From contig OZ024743.1 of NCBI GenBank assembly GCA_964016885.1, forward strand, positions 140,988,001 through 141,052,000: a DNA stretch of 64,000 nt, read 5' to 3'. Made by a program: the position numbers and the translations under genes. A model generated the notes under the pieces. The model was not told the DNA's origin. It was given only the letters and a program-made list of their open reading frames with translations, and did no database searches. This document shows, piece by piece, positions 1 to 12,000 of this stretch; position 1 is the stretch's first letter, and each line of letters opens with the position of its first letter. The DNA comes from Eledone cirrhosa (taxonomy: Eukaryota).

Positions 1-1359
1 TGTTTGGTGCTTGGTGCTTAGTGTTTGGTGCTTGGTGCTTAGTGTTTGGTGTTTGGTGCTTGGTGCTTGGTGTTTGGTGCTTACTGTTTGGTGCTTGGTG
101 CTTGGTGTTTGGTGTTTGCTGTTTGCTGTTTGGTGTTTGTTGTTTGGTGTTTGTTGTTTGGTGTTTGCTGTTTGGTGTTTGGTGTTTGCTTTTTGGTGTT
201 TGGTGTTTGCTGTATGTTGTTTGCTGTTTGGTGTTTGGTGTTTGGTGTTTGGTGTTTGGTGCTTGTTGCTTGGTGTTTGGTGCTTGGTGCTTGGTGTTTG
301 GTGCTTGGTGCTTGGTGTTTGGTGTTTGGTGCTTGGTGCTTGGAGTTTGGTGTTTGGTGCTTGGTGTTTCGTGTTTCGTGTTTGGTTTTTGGTGCTTGGT
401 GCTTGGTGCTTGGTCCTTGGTGTTTGGTGCTGGGTGCATTGTGTTTGGTGCTTGGTGCCTGGTGCTTGGTGTTTGGTGTTTGCTGCTTGGTGTTTGATGC
501 TTGGTGCTTGGTGCTTGGTGTTTTGTGTTTGGTGCTTGGTGCTTGGTGTTTGGTGCTTGGTGCTTGGTGCTTGGTGTTTGTACTTGGTGCTTGGTGTTTG
601 GTGTTTGGCGTTTGGTGTTTGGTTCTTGGTTCTTGGTGTTTGGTGTTTGGCGTTTGGTGTTTGGTGCTTGGTGCTTGGTGTTTGGTGCTTGGTGCTTGGT
701 GTTTGGTGCCTGGTGCTTGGTGCTTGGTGCTTGGTGTTTGGTGTTTGGTGCTTGGTGCTTGGTGCTTGGAGTTTGGTGTTTGGTGCTTGGTGCTTTGTGT
801 TTTGTGTTTGGTGTTTGGTTTTTGGTGCTTGGTGCTTGGTCCTTGGTGTTTGGTGCTGGGTGCTTTGTGTTTGGTGCTTGGTGCTTGGTGTTTGGTGTTT
901 GCTGCTTGGTCTTTGATGCTTGGTGCTTGGTGCTTGGTGTTTTGTGTTTGGTGCTTGGTTCTTGGTGTTTGGTGCTTGGTGCTTGGTACTTGGTGTTTGT
1001 ACTTGGTGCTTGGTGCTTGGTGTTTGGTTCTTGGTGTTTGGTACTTGGTGCTTGGTGCTTGATGTTTGGTGTTTGGTGCTTGGTGTCTGGTGCTTGGTGT
1101 TTGGTTTTTGGTGCTTGGTGTTTGGTGTTTGGTGCTTGGTGTTTGGTGTTTGGTGCTGGGTGCTTGGTGTTTGGTGCTGGGTGCTTGGTGTTTGGTGCTT
1201 GGTGCTTGGTCTTTGGTGCTTGGTGTTTGGTGCTTGGTGCTTGGTGCTTGGTGTTTGGTGCTTGGTGCTTGGTGTTTGGTGCTTGGTGCTTGGTGTTTGG
1301 TTTTTGGTGCTTGGTGCTTGGTGCTTGGTGTTTGGTGCTTCGTGCTTGGTGTTTGGTGC

Positions 1360-4300
1360 TTGGTGTTTGGTGCTTGGTGTTTGGTGCTTGGTGTTTGGTG
1401 CTTGGTGCTTGGTGCTTGGTGCTTGGTGTTTGGTGGTTGGTGCTTGGTGCTTGGTGTTAGGTGTTTGGTGCTTGGTGCTTGGTGTTTGGTGTTTGGTGCT
1501 TGGTGTTTGGTGTTTGGTGCTTGGTGTTTGGTGCTTGGTACTTGGTGCTTGGTACTTGGTGTTAGGTATTTGGTGCTTGGTGCTTGGTGTCTGGTTTTTG
1601 GTGCTTGGTGCTTGGTGTTTGGTGTTTGGTGCTTGCTGCTGGCTGCTTGGTGTTTGGTGCTTGGTGATTGGTGCTTGGTGTTTGGTGCTTGGTGTTTGGT
1701 GTTTGGTGCTTGGTGATTGGTGTTTGTACTTGGTGCTTGGTGCTTGGTTCTTGGTGTTTGGTGCTTGGTGCTTGGTGTTTGGTGTTATATGCTTGGTGTT
1801 TGATGCTTGGTGCTTGGTGCTTGGTGTTTGGTGTTTGGTGTTTGATGCTTGGTGCTTGGTGTTTGGTGCTTGGTGCTTGGTGTTTGTACTTGGTGCTTGG
1901 TGCTTGGTGCTTGGTGTTTGGTGCTTGGTGTTTGGTGCTTGGTGCTTGGTGATTGGTCCTTGGTGCTTGGTGTTTGGTGGTTGGTGTTTGGTGGTTGGTG
2001 TTTGGTGCTTGGTGTTAGGTGTTTGGTGCTTGGTGTTTGGTGTTTGGTGCTTGGTGTTTGGTGTTTGGTGCTTGGTGTTTGGTGCTTGGTACTTGGTGCT
2101 TGGTGCTTGGTGTTAGGTGTTTGGTGCTTGGTGTTTGGTGCTTGGTGTTTGGTGCTTGGTGCTTGGTGCTTGGTGCTTTGTGTTTGGTGGTTGGTGTTTG
2201 GTGCTTGGTGTTTGGTGCTTGGTGTTAGGTGTTTGGTGCTTGGTGCTTGGTGTTTGGTGTTTGGTGCTTGGTGCTTCGTGTTTGGTGCTTGGTGCTTGGT
2301 GTTTGGTGCTTGGTGTTTGGTGCTTGGTGTTTGGTGCTTGGTGCTTGGTGCTTGGTGCTTGGTGTTTGGTGGTTGGTGCTTGGTGCTTGGTGTTTGGTGT
2401 TTGGTGCTTGGTGTTTGGTGTTTGGTGCTTGGTGTTTGGTGCTTGGTACTTGGTGCTTGGTGCTTGGTGTTAGGTGTTTGGTGCTTGGTGCTTGGTGTCT
2501 GGTTTTTGGTGCTTGGTGCTTGGTGTTTGGTGCTTGCTGCTGGCTGATTGGTGTTTGGTGCTTGGTGATTGGTGCTTGGTGTTTGGTGCTTGGTGTTTGG
2601 TGTTTGGTGCTAGGTGCTTGGTGTTTGGTGCTTGGTGCTTGGTGTTTGTACTTGGTGCTTGGTGCTTGGTTCTTGGTGTTTGGTGCTTGGTGCTTGGTGT
2701 TTGGTGCTTGGTGCTTGGTGTTTGGTGCTTGGTGTTTGGTGCTTGGTGTTTAGTGCTTGGTGCTTGGTGCTTGGTGTTTGGTGCTTGGTGTTTGGTGCTT
2801 GGTGTTAGGTGTTTGGTGCTTGGTGCTTGGTGTTTGGTGTTTGGTGCTTGGTGTTTGGTGTTTGGTGTTATATGCTTGGTGTTTGATGCTTGGTGCTTGG
2901 TGCTTGGTGTTTGGTGCTTCGTGTTTGATGCTTGGTGCTTGGTGCTTGGTGTTTGGTGCTTGGTGCTTGGTGTTTGTACTTGGTGCTTGGTGCTTGGTTC
3001 TTGGTGTTTGGTGCTTGGTGCTTGGTGTTTGGTGCTTGGTGTTTGGTGCTTGTTGCTTGGTGCTTGGTGCTTGGTGCTTGGTGCTTGGTGTTTGGTGCTT
3101 GGTGTTAGGTGTTTGGTGCTTGGTGCTTGGTGTTTGGTGTTTGGTGCTTGGTGTTTGATGCTTGGTGTTTGGTGTTAGGTGTTTGGTGCTTGGTGTTTGG
3201 TGTTTGGTGCTTGGTGTTTGGTGCTTGGTGTTTGGTGCTTGGTGTTTGGTGCTTGGTACTTGGTGCTTGGTGCTTGTTGTTAGGTGTTTGGTGCTTGGTG
3301 CTTGGTGTTTGGTGATTGGTGCTTGGTGTTTTGTGCTTGGTGTTTGGTGTTTGGTGCTAGGTTCTTGGTGTTTGGTGCTTGGTGCTTGGTGCTTGGTGTT
3401 TGGTGTTTGGTGCTTGGTGCTTGGTGTTTGGTGCTTGGTGCTGGGTGGTTGGTGTTTAGTGCTTGGTGTTTGGTGCTGGGTGCTTGGTGTTTGGTGCTTG
3501 GTGCTTGGTCTTTGGTGCTTGGTGTTTGGTGTTTGGTGCTTGGTGCTTGGTGCTTGGTGTTTGGTGCTTGGTGCTTGGTGTTTGGTGCTTGGTGCTTAGT
3601 GTTTGGTGCTTGGTGCTTAGTGTTTGGTGCTAGGTGCTTGGTGTTTGGTGCTTGGTGCTTGGCGTTTGGTGCCTGGTGCTTGGTGTTTGGTGTTTGGTGT
3701 TTGGTGCTTGGTGTTTGGTGCTTGGTGTTTGGTGCTTGGTGCTTGGTGCTTGGTGCTTGGTGTTTGGTGGTTGGTGCTTGGTGCTTGGTGTTAGGTGTTT
3801 GGTGCTTGGTGCTTGGTGTTTGGTGTTTGGTGCTTGGTGTTTGGTGTTTGGTGCTTGGTGTTTGGTGCTTGGTACTTGGTGCTTGGTACTTGGTGTTAGG
3901 TATTTGGTGCTTGGTGCTTGGTGTCTGGTTTTTGGTGCTTGGTGCTTGGTGTTTGGTGTTTGGTGCTTGCTGCTGGCTGCTTGGTGTTTGGTGCTTGGTG
4001 ATTGGTGCTTGGTGTTTGGTGCTTGGTGTTTGGTGTTTGGTGCTTGGTGATTGGTGTTTGTACTTGGTGCTTGGTGCTTGGTTCTTGGTGTTTGGTGCTT
4101 GGTGCTTGGTGTTTGGTGTTATATGCTTGGTGTTTGATGCTTGGTGCTTGGTGCTTGGTGTTTGGTGTTTGGTGTTTGATGCTTGGTGCTTGGTGTTTGG
4201 TGCTTGGTGCTTGGTGTTTGTACTTGGTGCTTGGTGCTTGGTGCTTGGTGTTTGGTGCTTGGTGTTTGGTGCTTGGTGCTTGGTGATTGGTCCTTGGTGC

Positions 4301-6045
4301 TTGGTGTTTGGTGGTTGGTGTTTGGTGGTTGGTGTTTGGTGCTTGGTGTTAGGTGTTTGGTGCTTGGTGTTTGGTGTTTGGTGCTTGGTGTTTGGTGTTT
4401 GGTGCTTGGTGTTTGGTGCTTGGTACTTGGTGCTTGGTGCTTGGTGTTAGGTGTTTGGTGCTTGGTGTTTGGTGCTTGGTGTTTGGTGCTTGGTGCTTGG
4501 TGCTTGGTGCTTTGTGTTTGGTGGTTGGTGTTTGGTGCTTGGTGTTTGGTGCTTGGTGTTAGGTGTTTGGTGCTTGGTGCTTGGTGTTTGGTGTTTGGTG
4601 CTTGGTGCTTCGTGTTTGGTGCTTGGTGCTTGGTGTTTGGTGCTTGGTGTTTGGTGCTTGGTGTTTGGTGCTTGGTGCTTGGTGCTTGGTGCTTGGTGTT
4701 TGGTGGTTGGTGCTTGGTGCTTGGTGTTTGGTGTTTGGTGCTTGGTGTTTGGTGTTTGGTGCTTGGTGTTTGGTGCTTGGTACTTGGTGCTTGGTGCTTG
4801 GTGTTAGGTGTTTGGTGCTTGGTGCTTGGTGTCTGGTTTTTGGTGCTTGGTGCCTGGTGTTTGGTGCTTGCTGCTGGCTGATTGGTGTTTGGTGCTTGGT
4901 GATTGGTGCTTGGTGTTTGGTGCTTGGTGTTTGGTGTTTGGTGCTAGGTGCTTGGTGTTTGGTGCTTGGTGCTTGGTGTTTGTACTTGGTGCTTGGTGCT
5001 TGGTTCTTGGTGTTTGGTGCTTGGTGCTTGGTGTTTGGTGCTTGGTGCTTGGTGTTTGGTGCTTGGTGTTTGGTGCTTGGTGTTTAGTGCTTGGTGCTTG
5101 GTGCTTGGTGTTTGGTGCTTGGTGTTTGGTGCTTGGTGTTAGGTGTTTGGTGCTTGGTGCTTGGTGTTTGGTGTTTGGTGCTTGGTGTTTGGTGTTTGGT
5201 GTTATATGCTTGGTGTTTGATGCTTGGTGCTTGGTGCTTGGTGTTTGGTGCTTCGTGTTTGATGCTTGGTGCTTGGTGCTTGGTGTTTGGTGCTTGGTGC
5301 TTGGTGTTTGTACTTGGTGCTTGGTGCTTGGTTCTTGGTGTTTGGTGCTTGGTGCTTGGTGTTTGGTGCTTGGTGTTTGGTGCTTGGTGCTTGGTGCTTG
5401 GTGCTTGGTGCTTGGTGCTTGGTGTTTGGTGCTTGGTGTTAGGTGTTTGGTGCTTGGTGCTTGGTGTTTGGTGTTTGGTGCTTGGTGTTTGATGCTTGGT
5501 GTTTGGTGTTAGGTGTTTGGTGCTTGGTGTTTGGTGTTTGGTGCTTGGTGTTTGGTGCTTGGTGTTTGGTGCTTGGTGTTTGGTGCTTGGTACTTGGTGC
5601 TTGGTGCTTGTTGTTAGGTGTTTGGTGCTTGGTGCTTGGTGTTTGGTGATTGGTGCTTGGTGTTTTGTGCTTGGTGTTTGGTGTTTGGTGCTAGGTTCTT
5701 GGTGTTTGGTGCTTGGTGCTTGGTGCTTGGTGTTTGGTGTTTGGTGCTTGGTGCTTGGTGTTTGGTGCTTGGTGCTGGGTGGTTGGTGTTTAGTGCTTGG
5801 TGTTTGGTGCTGGGTGCTTGGTGTTTGGTGCTTGGTGCTTGGTCTTTGGTGCTTGGTGTTTGGTGTTTGGTGCTTGGTGCTTGGTGCTTGGTGTTTGGTG
5901 CTTGGTGCTTGGTGTTTGGTGCTTGGTGCTTAGTGTTTGGTGCTTGGTGCTTAGTGTTTGGTGCTAGGTGCTTGGTGTTTGGTGGTTGGTGCTTGGCGTT
6001 TGGTGCCTGGTGCTTGGTGTTTGGTGTTTGGTGTTTGGTGCTTGG
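1360..6045 (+). repeat. Tandem duplication (HOR), period 2334 bp, two copies (~1360-3700 and ~3700-6045)
   Basis: Matching ORF pairs are offset by exactly 2334 (1668/4002, 1849/4183, 2474/4808, 2757/5091, 3162/5496). 2334 = 334 monomers x 7 minus four 6-bp TTGTAC monomers (near 1727, 1887, 2649, 2977). Confidence 0.93.
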
Positions 6046-9000
6046 TGCTTGGTGTTTGGTGTTTGCTGTTTGCTGTTTGGTGTTTGTTGTTTGGTGTTTG
6101 TTGTTTGGTGTTTGCTGTTTGGTGTTTGGTGTTTGCTTTTTGGTGCTTGGTGTTTGGTGCTTGGTGTTTGGTGCTTGGTGTTTGGTGCTTGGTGCTTGGT
6201 GTTTGGTGCCTGGTGCTTGGTGCTTGGTGCTTGGTGTTTGGTGTTTGGTGCTTGGTGCTTGGATTTTGGTGTTTGGTGCTTGGTGCCTGGTGTTTCGTGT
6301 TTCGTGTTTGGTTTTTGGTGATTGGTGCTTGGTGCTTGGTCCTTGGTGTTTGGTGCTGGGTGCTTTGTGTTTGGTGCTTGGTGCTTGGTGCTTGGTGTTT
6401 GGTGTTTGCTGCTTGGTGTTTGATGCTTGGTGCTTGGTGCTTGGTGTTTTGTGTTTGGTGCTTGGTGCTTTGTGTTTGGTGCTTGGTGCTTGGTGCTTGG
6501 TGTTTGTACTTGGTTCTTGGTGATTGGTGTTTGGTTCTTGGTTCTTGGTGTTTGGTGTTTGGCGTTTGGTGTTTGGTGCTTGGTGCTTGGTGTTTGGTGC
6601 TTGGTGCTTGATGTTTGGTGCCTGGTGCTTGGTGCTTGGTGCTTGGTGTTTGGTGTTTGGTGCTTGGTGCTTGGTGCTTGGAGTTTGGTGTTTGGTGCTT
6701 GGTGCTTGGTGTTTTGTGTTTGGTGTTTGGTTTTTGGTGCTTGGTGCTTGGTGCTTGGTGTTTGGTGCTGGGTGCTTTGTGTTTGGTGCTTGGTGCTTGG
6801 TGTTTGGTGTTTGCTGCTTGGTGTTTGATGCTTGGTGCTTGGTGCTTGCTGTTTTGTGTTTGGTGCTTGGTTCTTGGTGTTTGGTGCTTGGTGCTTGGTG
6901 CTTGGTGTTTGTACTTGGTGCTTGGTACTTGGTGTTTGGTTCTTGGTTCTTGGTGTTTGGTACTTGGTGCTTGTTGCTTGATGTTTGGTGTTTGGTGCTT
7001 GGTGTTTGGTGCTTGGTGCTTGGTGCTTGGTGTTAGGTGTTTGGTGATTGGTACTTGGTGTTTGGTGCTTGGTGTTTGCTGTTTGCTGTTTGGTGTTTGG
7101 TGTTTGGTGTTTGGTGTTTGCTGTTTGGTGTCTCCTTTTTGGTGTTTAGTGTTTGCTGTATGGTGTTTGGTGTTTGCTGTTTGGTGTTTGGTCTTTGGTG
7201 CTTGGTGTTTGGTGCTTGGTGCTTGGTGTTTGGTGTTTGGTGCTTGGTGCTTGGTGTTTGGTGTTTGGTGCTTGGTGTTTGGTGTTTGGTGCTTGGTGTC
7301 TGGTGCTTGGTGTTTGGTGTTTGGTGCTTGGTGTTTGGTGTTTGGTGCTTGGTGTTTGGTGTTTGGTATTTGGTGCTTCGTGCTTGCTGTTTGGTGTTTG
7401 GTGTTTGGTGCTTGGTGTCTGGTGCTTGGTGTTTGGTGTTTGGTGCTTGGTGTTTGGTGTTTGGTGTTTGGTGCTTGGTGCTTGGTGCTTGGTGTTTGGT
7501 GTTTGGTGTTTGGTGTTTGGTGCTTGGTGCTTGGTGTTTGGTGCTTGGTGCTGGGTGGTTGGTGTTTGGTGCTTGGTGTTTGGTGCTGGGTGCTTGGTGT
7601 TTGGTGCTGGGTGCTTGGTGTTTGGTGCTGGGTGCTTGGTGTTTGGTGCTTGATGCTTGGTCTTTGGTGCTTGGTGTTTGGTGCTTGGTGCTTGGTGCTT
7701 GGTGTTTGGTGCTTGGTGCTTGGTGTTTGGTGCTTGGTGCTTGGTGTTTGGTTTTTGGTGCTTGCTGCTGGCTACGTGGTGTTTGATGCGTGGTGATTGG
7801 TGCTTGGTGTTTGGTGCTTGGTGTTTGGTGTTTGATGCTTGGTGCTTGGTGCTTGGTGTTTCGTGCTTGGTGCTTGGTGTTTGGTGCTTGGTGCTTGGTA
7901 TTTGGTGCTTGGTGTTTGGTGCTTGGTGCTTGGTGTTTGGTGTTTGGTGCTTGGTGTTTGGTGCTTGGTACTTGGTGCTTGGTGCTTGGTGTTAGGTGTT
8001 TGGTGCTTGGTGCTTGGTGTCTGGTTTTTGGTGCTTGGTGCTTGGTGTTTGGTGTTTGGTGCTTGCTGCTGGCTGCTTGGTGTTTGGTGCTTGGTGATTG
8101 CTGCTTGGTGTTTGTTGCTTGGTGTTTGGTGTTATATGCTTGGTGTTTGATGCTTGGTGCTTGGTGCTTGGTGTTTGGTGTTTGGTGTTTGATGCTTGGT
8201 GCTTGGTGTTTGGTGCTTGGTGCTTGGTGTTTGTACTTGGTGCTTGGTGCTTGGTGCTTGGTGTTTGGGGCTTGGTGTTTGGTGCTTGGTGCTTGGTGCT
8301 TGCTCCTTGGTGCTTGGTGTTTGGTGGTTGGTGTTTGGTGCTTGGTGTTAGGTGTTTGGTGCTTGGTGCTTGGTGTTTGGTGTTTGGTGCTTGGTGTTTG
8401 GTGTTTGGTGCTTGGTGTTTGGTGCTTGGTACTTGGTGCTTGGTGCTTGGTGTTAGGTGTTTGGTGCTTGGTGTTTGGTGCTTGGTGTTTGGTGCTTGGT
8501 GCTTGGTGCTTGGTGCTTGGTGTTTGGTGGTTGGTGTTTGGTGCTTGGTGTTTGGTGCTTGGTGTTAGGTGTTTGGTGCTTGGTGCTTGGTGTTTGGTGT
8601 TTGGTGCTTGGTGCTTGGTGCTTGGTGCTTGGTGTTTGGTGGTTGGTGTTTGGTGCTTGGTGTTTGGTGCTTGGTGTTAGGTGTTTGGTGTTTGGTGGTT
8701 GGTGTTTGGTGCTTGGTGTTTGGTGCTTGGTGTTAGGTGTTTGGTGCTTGGTGTTAGGTGTTTGGTGCTTGGTGCTTGGTGTTTGGTGCTTGGTGCTTGG
8801 TGTTTGGTGCTTGGTGTTTGGTGCTTGGTGTTTGGTGCTTGGTGCTTGGTGCTTGGTGTTTGGTGCTTGGTGTTTGGTGCTTGGTGTTAGGTGTTTGGTG
8901 CTTGGTGCTTGGTGTTTGGTGTTTGGTGCTTGGTGTTTGGTGTTTGGTGTTATATGCTTGGTGTTTGATGCTTGGTGCTTGGTGCTTGGTGTTTGGTGCT

Positions 9001-12000
9001 TGGTGTTTGATGCTTGGTGCTTGGTGCTTGGTGTTTGGTGCTTGGTGCTTGGTGTTTGTACTTGGTGCTTGGTGCTTGGTTCTTGGTGTTTGGTGTTTGG
9101 TGCTTGGTGCTTGGTGTTTGGTGCGTGGTGTTTGGTGCTTGGTGTTTGGTGCTTGGTGCTTGGTGCTTGGTGTTTGGTGCTTGGTGTTTGGTGCTTGGTG
9201 TTAGGGGTTTGGTGCTTGGTGCTTGGTGTTTGGTGCTTGGTGTTTGGTGCTTGGTGCTTGGTGTTTGGTGCTTGGTGCTGGGTGGTTGGTGTTTAGTGCT
9301 TGGTGTTTGGTGCTGGGTGCTTGGTGTTTGGTGTTTGGTGCTTTGTGTTTGGTGGTTGGTGTTTGGTGCTTGGTGTTTGGTGCTTGGTGTTAGGTGTTTG
9401 GTGCTTGGTGCTTGGTGTTTGGTGTTTGGTGCTTGGTGCTTCGTGTTTGGTGCTTGGTGCTTGGTGTTTGGTGCTTGGTGTTTGGTGCTTGGTGTTTGGT
9501 GCTTGGTGCTTGGTGCTTGGTGCTTGGTGTTTGGTGGTTGGTGCTTGGTGCTTGGTGTTTGGTGTTTGGTGCTTGGTGTTTGGTGTTTGGTGCTTGGTGT
9601 TTGGTGCTTGGTACTTGGTGCTTGGTGCTTGGTGTTAGGTGTTTGGTGCTTGGTGCTTGGTGTCTGGTTTTTGGTGCTTGGTGCCTGGTGTTTGGTGCTT
9701 GCTGCTGGCTGATTGGTGTTTGGTGCTTGGTGATTGGTGCTTGGTGTTTGGTGCTTGGTGTTTGGTGTTTGGTGCTAGGTGCTTGGTGTTTGGTGCTTGG
9801 TGCTTGGTGTTTGTACTTGGTGCTTGGTGCTTGGTTCTTGGTGTTTGGTGCTTGGTGCTTGGTGTTTGGTGCTTGGTGCTTGGTGTTTGGTGCTTGGTGT
9901 TTGGTGCTTGGTGTTTAGTGCTTGGTGCTTGGTGCTTGGTGTTTGGTGCTTGGTGTTTGGTGCTTGGTGTTAGGTGTTTGGTGCTTGGTGCTTGGTGTTT
10001 GGTGTTTGGTGCTTGGTGTTTGGTGTTTGGTGTTATATGCTTGGTGTTTGATGCTTGGTGCTTGGTGCTTGGTGTTTGGTGCTTCGTGTTTGATGCTTGG
10101 TGCTTGGTGCTTGGTGTTTGGTGCTTGGTGCTTGGTGTTTGTACTTGGTGCTTGGTGCTTGGTTCTTGGTGTTTGGTGCTTGGTGCTTGGTGTTTGGTGC
10201 TTGGTGTTTGGTGCTTGGTGCTTGGTGCTTGGTGCTTGGTGCTTGGTGCTTGGTGTTTGGTGCTTGGTGTTAGGTGTTTGGTGCTTGGTGCTTGGTGTTT
10301 GGTGTTTGGTGCTTGGTGTTTGATGCTTGGTGTTTGGTGTTAGGTGTTTGGTGCTTGGTGTTTGGTGTTTGGTGCTTGGTGTTTGGTGCTTGGTGTTTGG
10401 TGCTTGGTGTTTGGTGCTTGGTACTTGGTGCTTGGTGCTTGTTGTTAGGTGTTTGGTGCTTGGTGCTTGGTGTTTGGTGATTGGTGCTTGGTGTTTTGTG
10501 CTTGGTGTTTGGTGTTTGGTGCTAGGTTCTTGGTGTTTGGTGCTTGGTGCTTGGTGCTTGGTGTTTGGTGTTTGGTGCTTGGTGCTTGGTGTTTGGTGCT
10601 TGGTGCTGGGTGGTTGGTGTTTAGTGCTTGGTGTTTGGTGCTGGGTGCTTGGTGTTTGGTGCTTGGTGCTTGGTCTTTGGTGCTTGGTGTTTGGTGTTTG
10701 GTGCTTGGTGCTTGGTGCTTGGTGTTTGGTGCTTGGTGCTTGGTGTTTGGTGCTTGGTGCTTAGTGTTTGGTGCTTGGTGCTTAGTGTTTGGTGCTAGGT
10801 GCTTGGTGTTTGGTGCTTGGTGCTTGGCGTTTGGTGCCTGGTGCTTGGTGTTTGGTGTTTGGTGTTTGGTGCTTGGTGCTTGGTGTTTGGTGTTTGCTGT
10901 TTGCTGTTTGGTGTTTGTTGTTTGGTGTTTGTTGTTTGGTGTTTGCTGTTTGGTGTTTGGTGTTTGCTTTTTGGTGTTTGGTGTTTGGTGCTTGGTGTTT
11001 GGTGCTTGGTGTTTGGTGCTTGGTGCTTGGTGTTTGGTGCCTGGTGCTTGGTGCTTGGTGCTTGGTGTTTGGTGTTTGGTGCTTGGTGCTTGGATTTTGG
11101 TGTTTGGTGCTTGGTGCCTGGTGTTTCGTGTTTCGTGTTTGGTTTTTGGTGATTGGTGCTTGGTGCTTGGTCCTTGGTGTTTGGTGCTGGGTGCTTTGTG
11201 TTTGGTGCTTGGTGCTTGGTGCTTGGTGTTTGGTGTTTGCTGCTTGGTGTTTGATGCTTGGTGCTTGGTGCTTGGTGTTTTGTGTTTGGTGCTTGGTGCT
11301 TTGTGTTTGGTGCTTGGTGCTTGGTGCTTGGTGTTTGTACTTGGTTCTTGGTGATTGGTGTTTGGTTCTTGGTTCTTGGTGTTTGGTGTTTGGCGTTTGG
11401 TGTTTGGTGCTTGGTGCTTGGTGTTTGGTGCTTGGTGCTTGATGTTTGGTGCCTGGTGCTTGGTGCTTGGTGCTTGGTGTTTGGTGTTTGGTGCTTGGTG
11501 CTTGGTGCTTGGAGTTTGGTGTTTGGTGCTTGGTGCTTGGTGTTTTGTGTTTGGTGTTTGGTTTTTGGTGCTTGGTGCTTGGTGCTTGGTGTTTGGTGCT
11601 GGGTGCTTTGTGTTTGGTGCTTGGTGCTTGGTGTTTGGTGTTTGCTGCTTGGTGTTTGATGCTTGGTGCTTGGTGCTTGGTGTTTTGTGTTTGGTGCTTG
11701 GTTCTTGGTGTTTGGTGCTTGGTGCTTGGTGCTTGGTGTTTGTACTTGGTGCTTGGTACTTGGTGTTTGGTTCTTGGTTCTTGGTGTTTGGTACTTGGTG
11801 CTTGTTGCTTGATGTTTGGTGTTTGGTGCTTGGTGTTTGGTGCTTGGTGCTTGGTGCTTGGTGTTAGGTGTTTGGTGATTGGTACTTGGTGTTTGGTGCT
11901 TGGTGTTTGCTGTTTGCTGTTTGGTGTTTGGTGTTTGGTGTTTGGTGTTTGGTGTTTGCTGTTTGGTGTCTCCTTTTTGGTGTTTAGTGTTTGCTGTATG

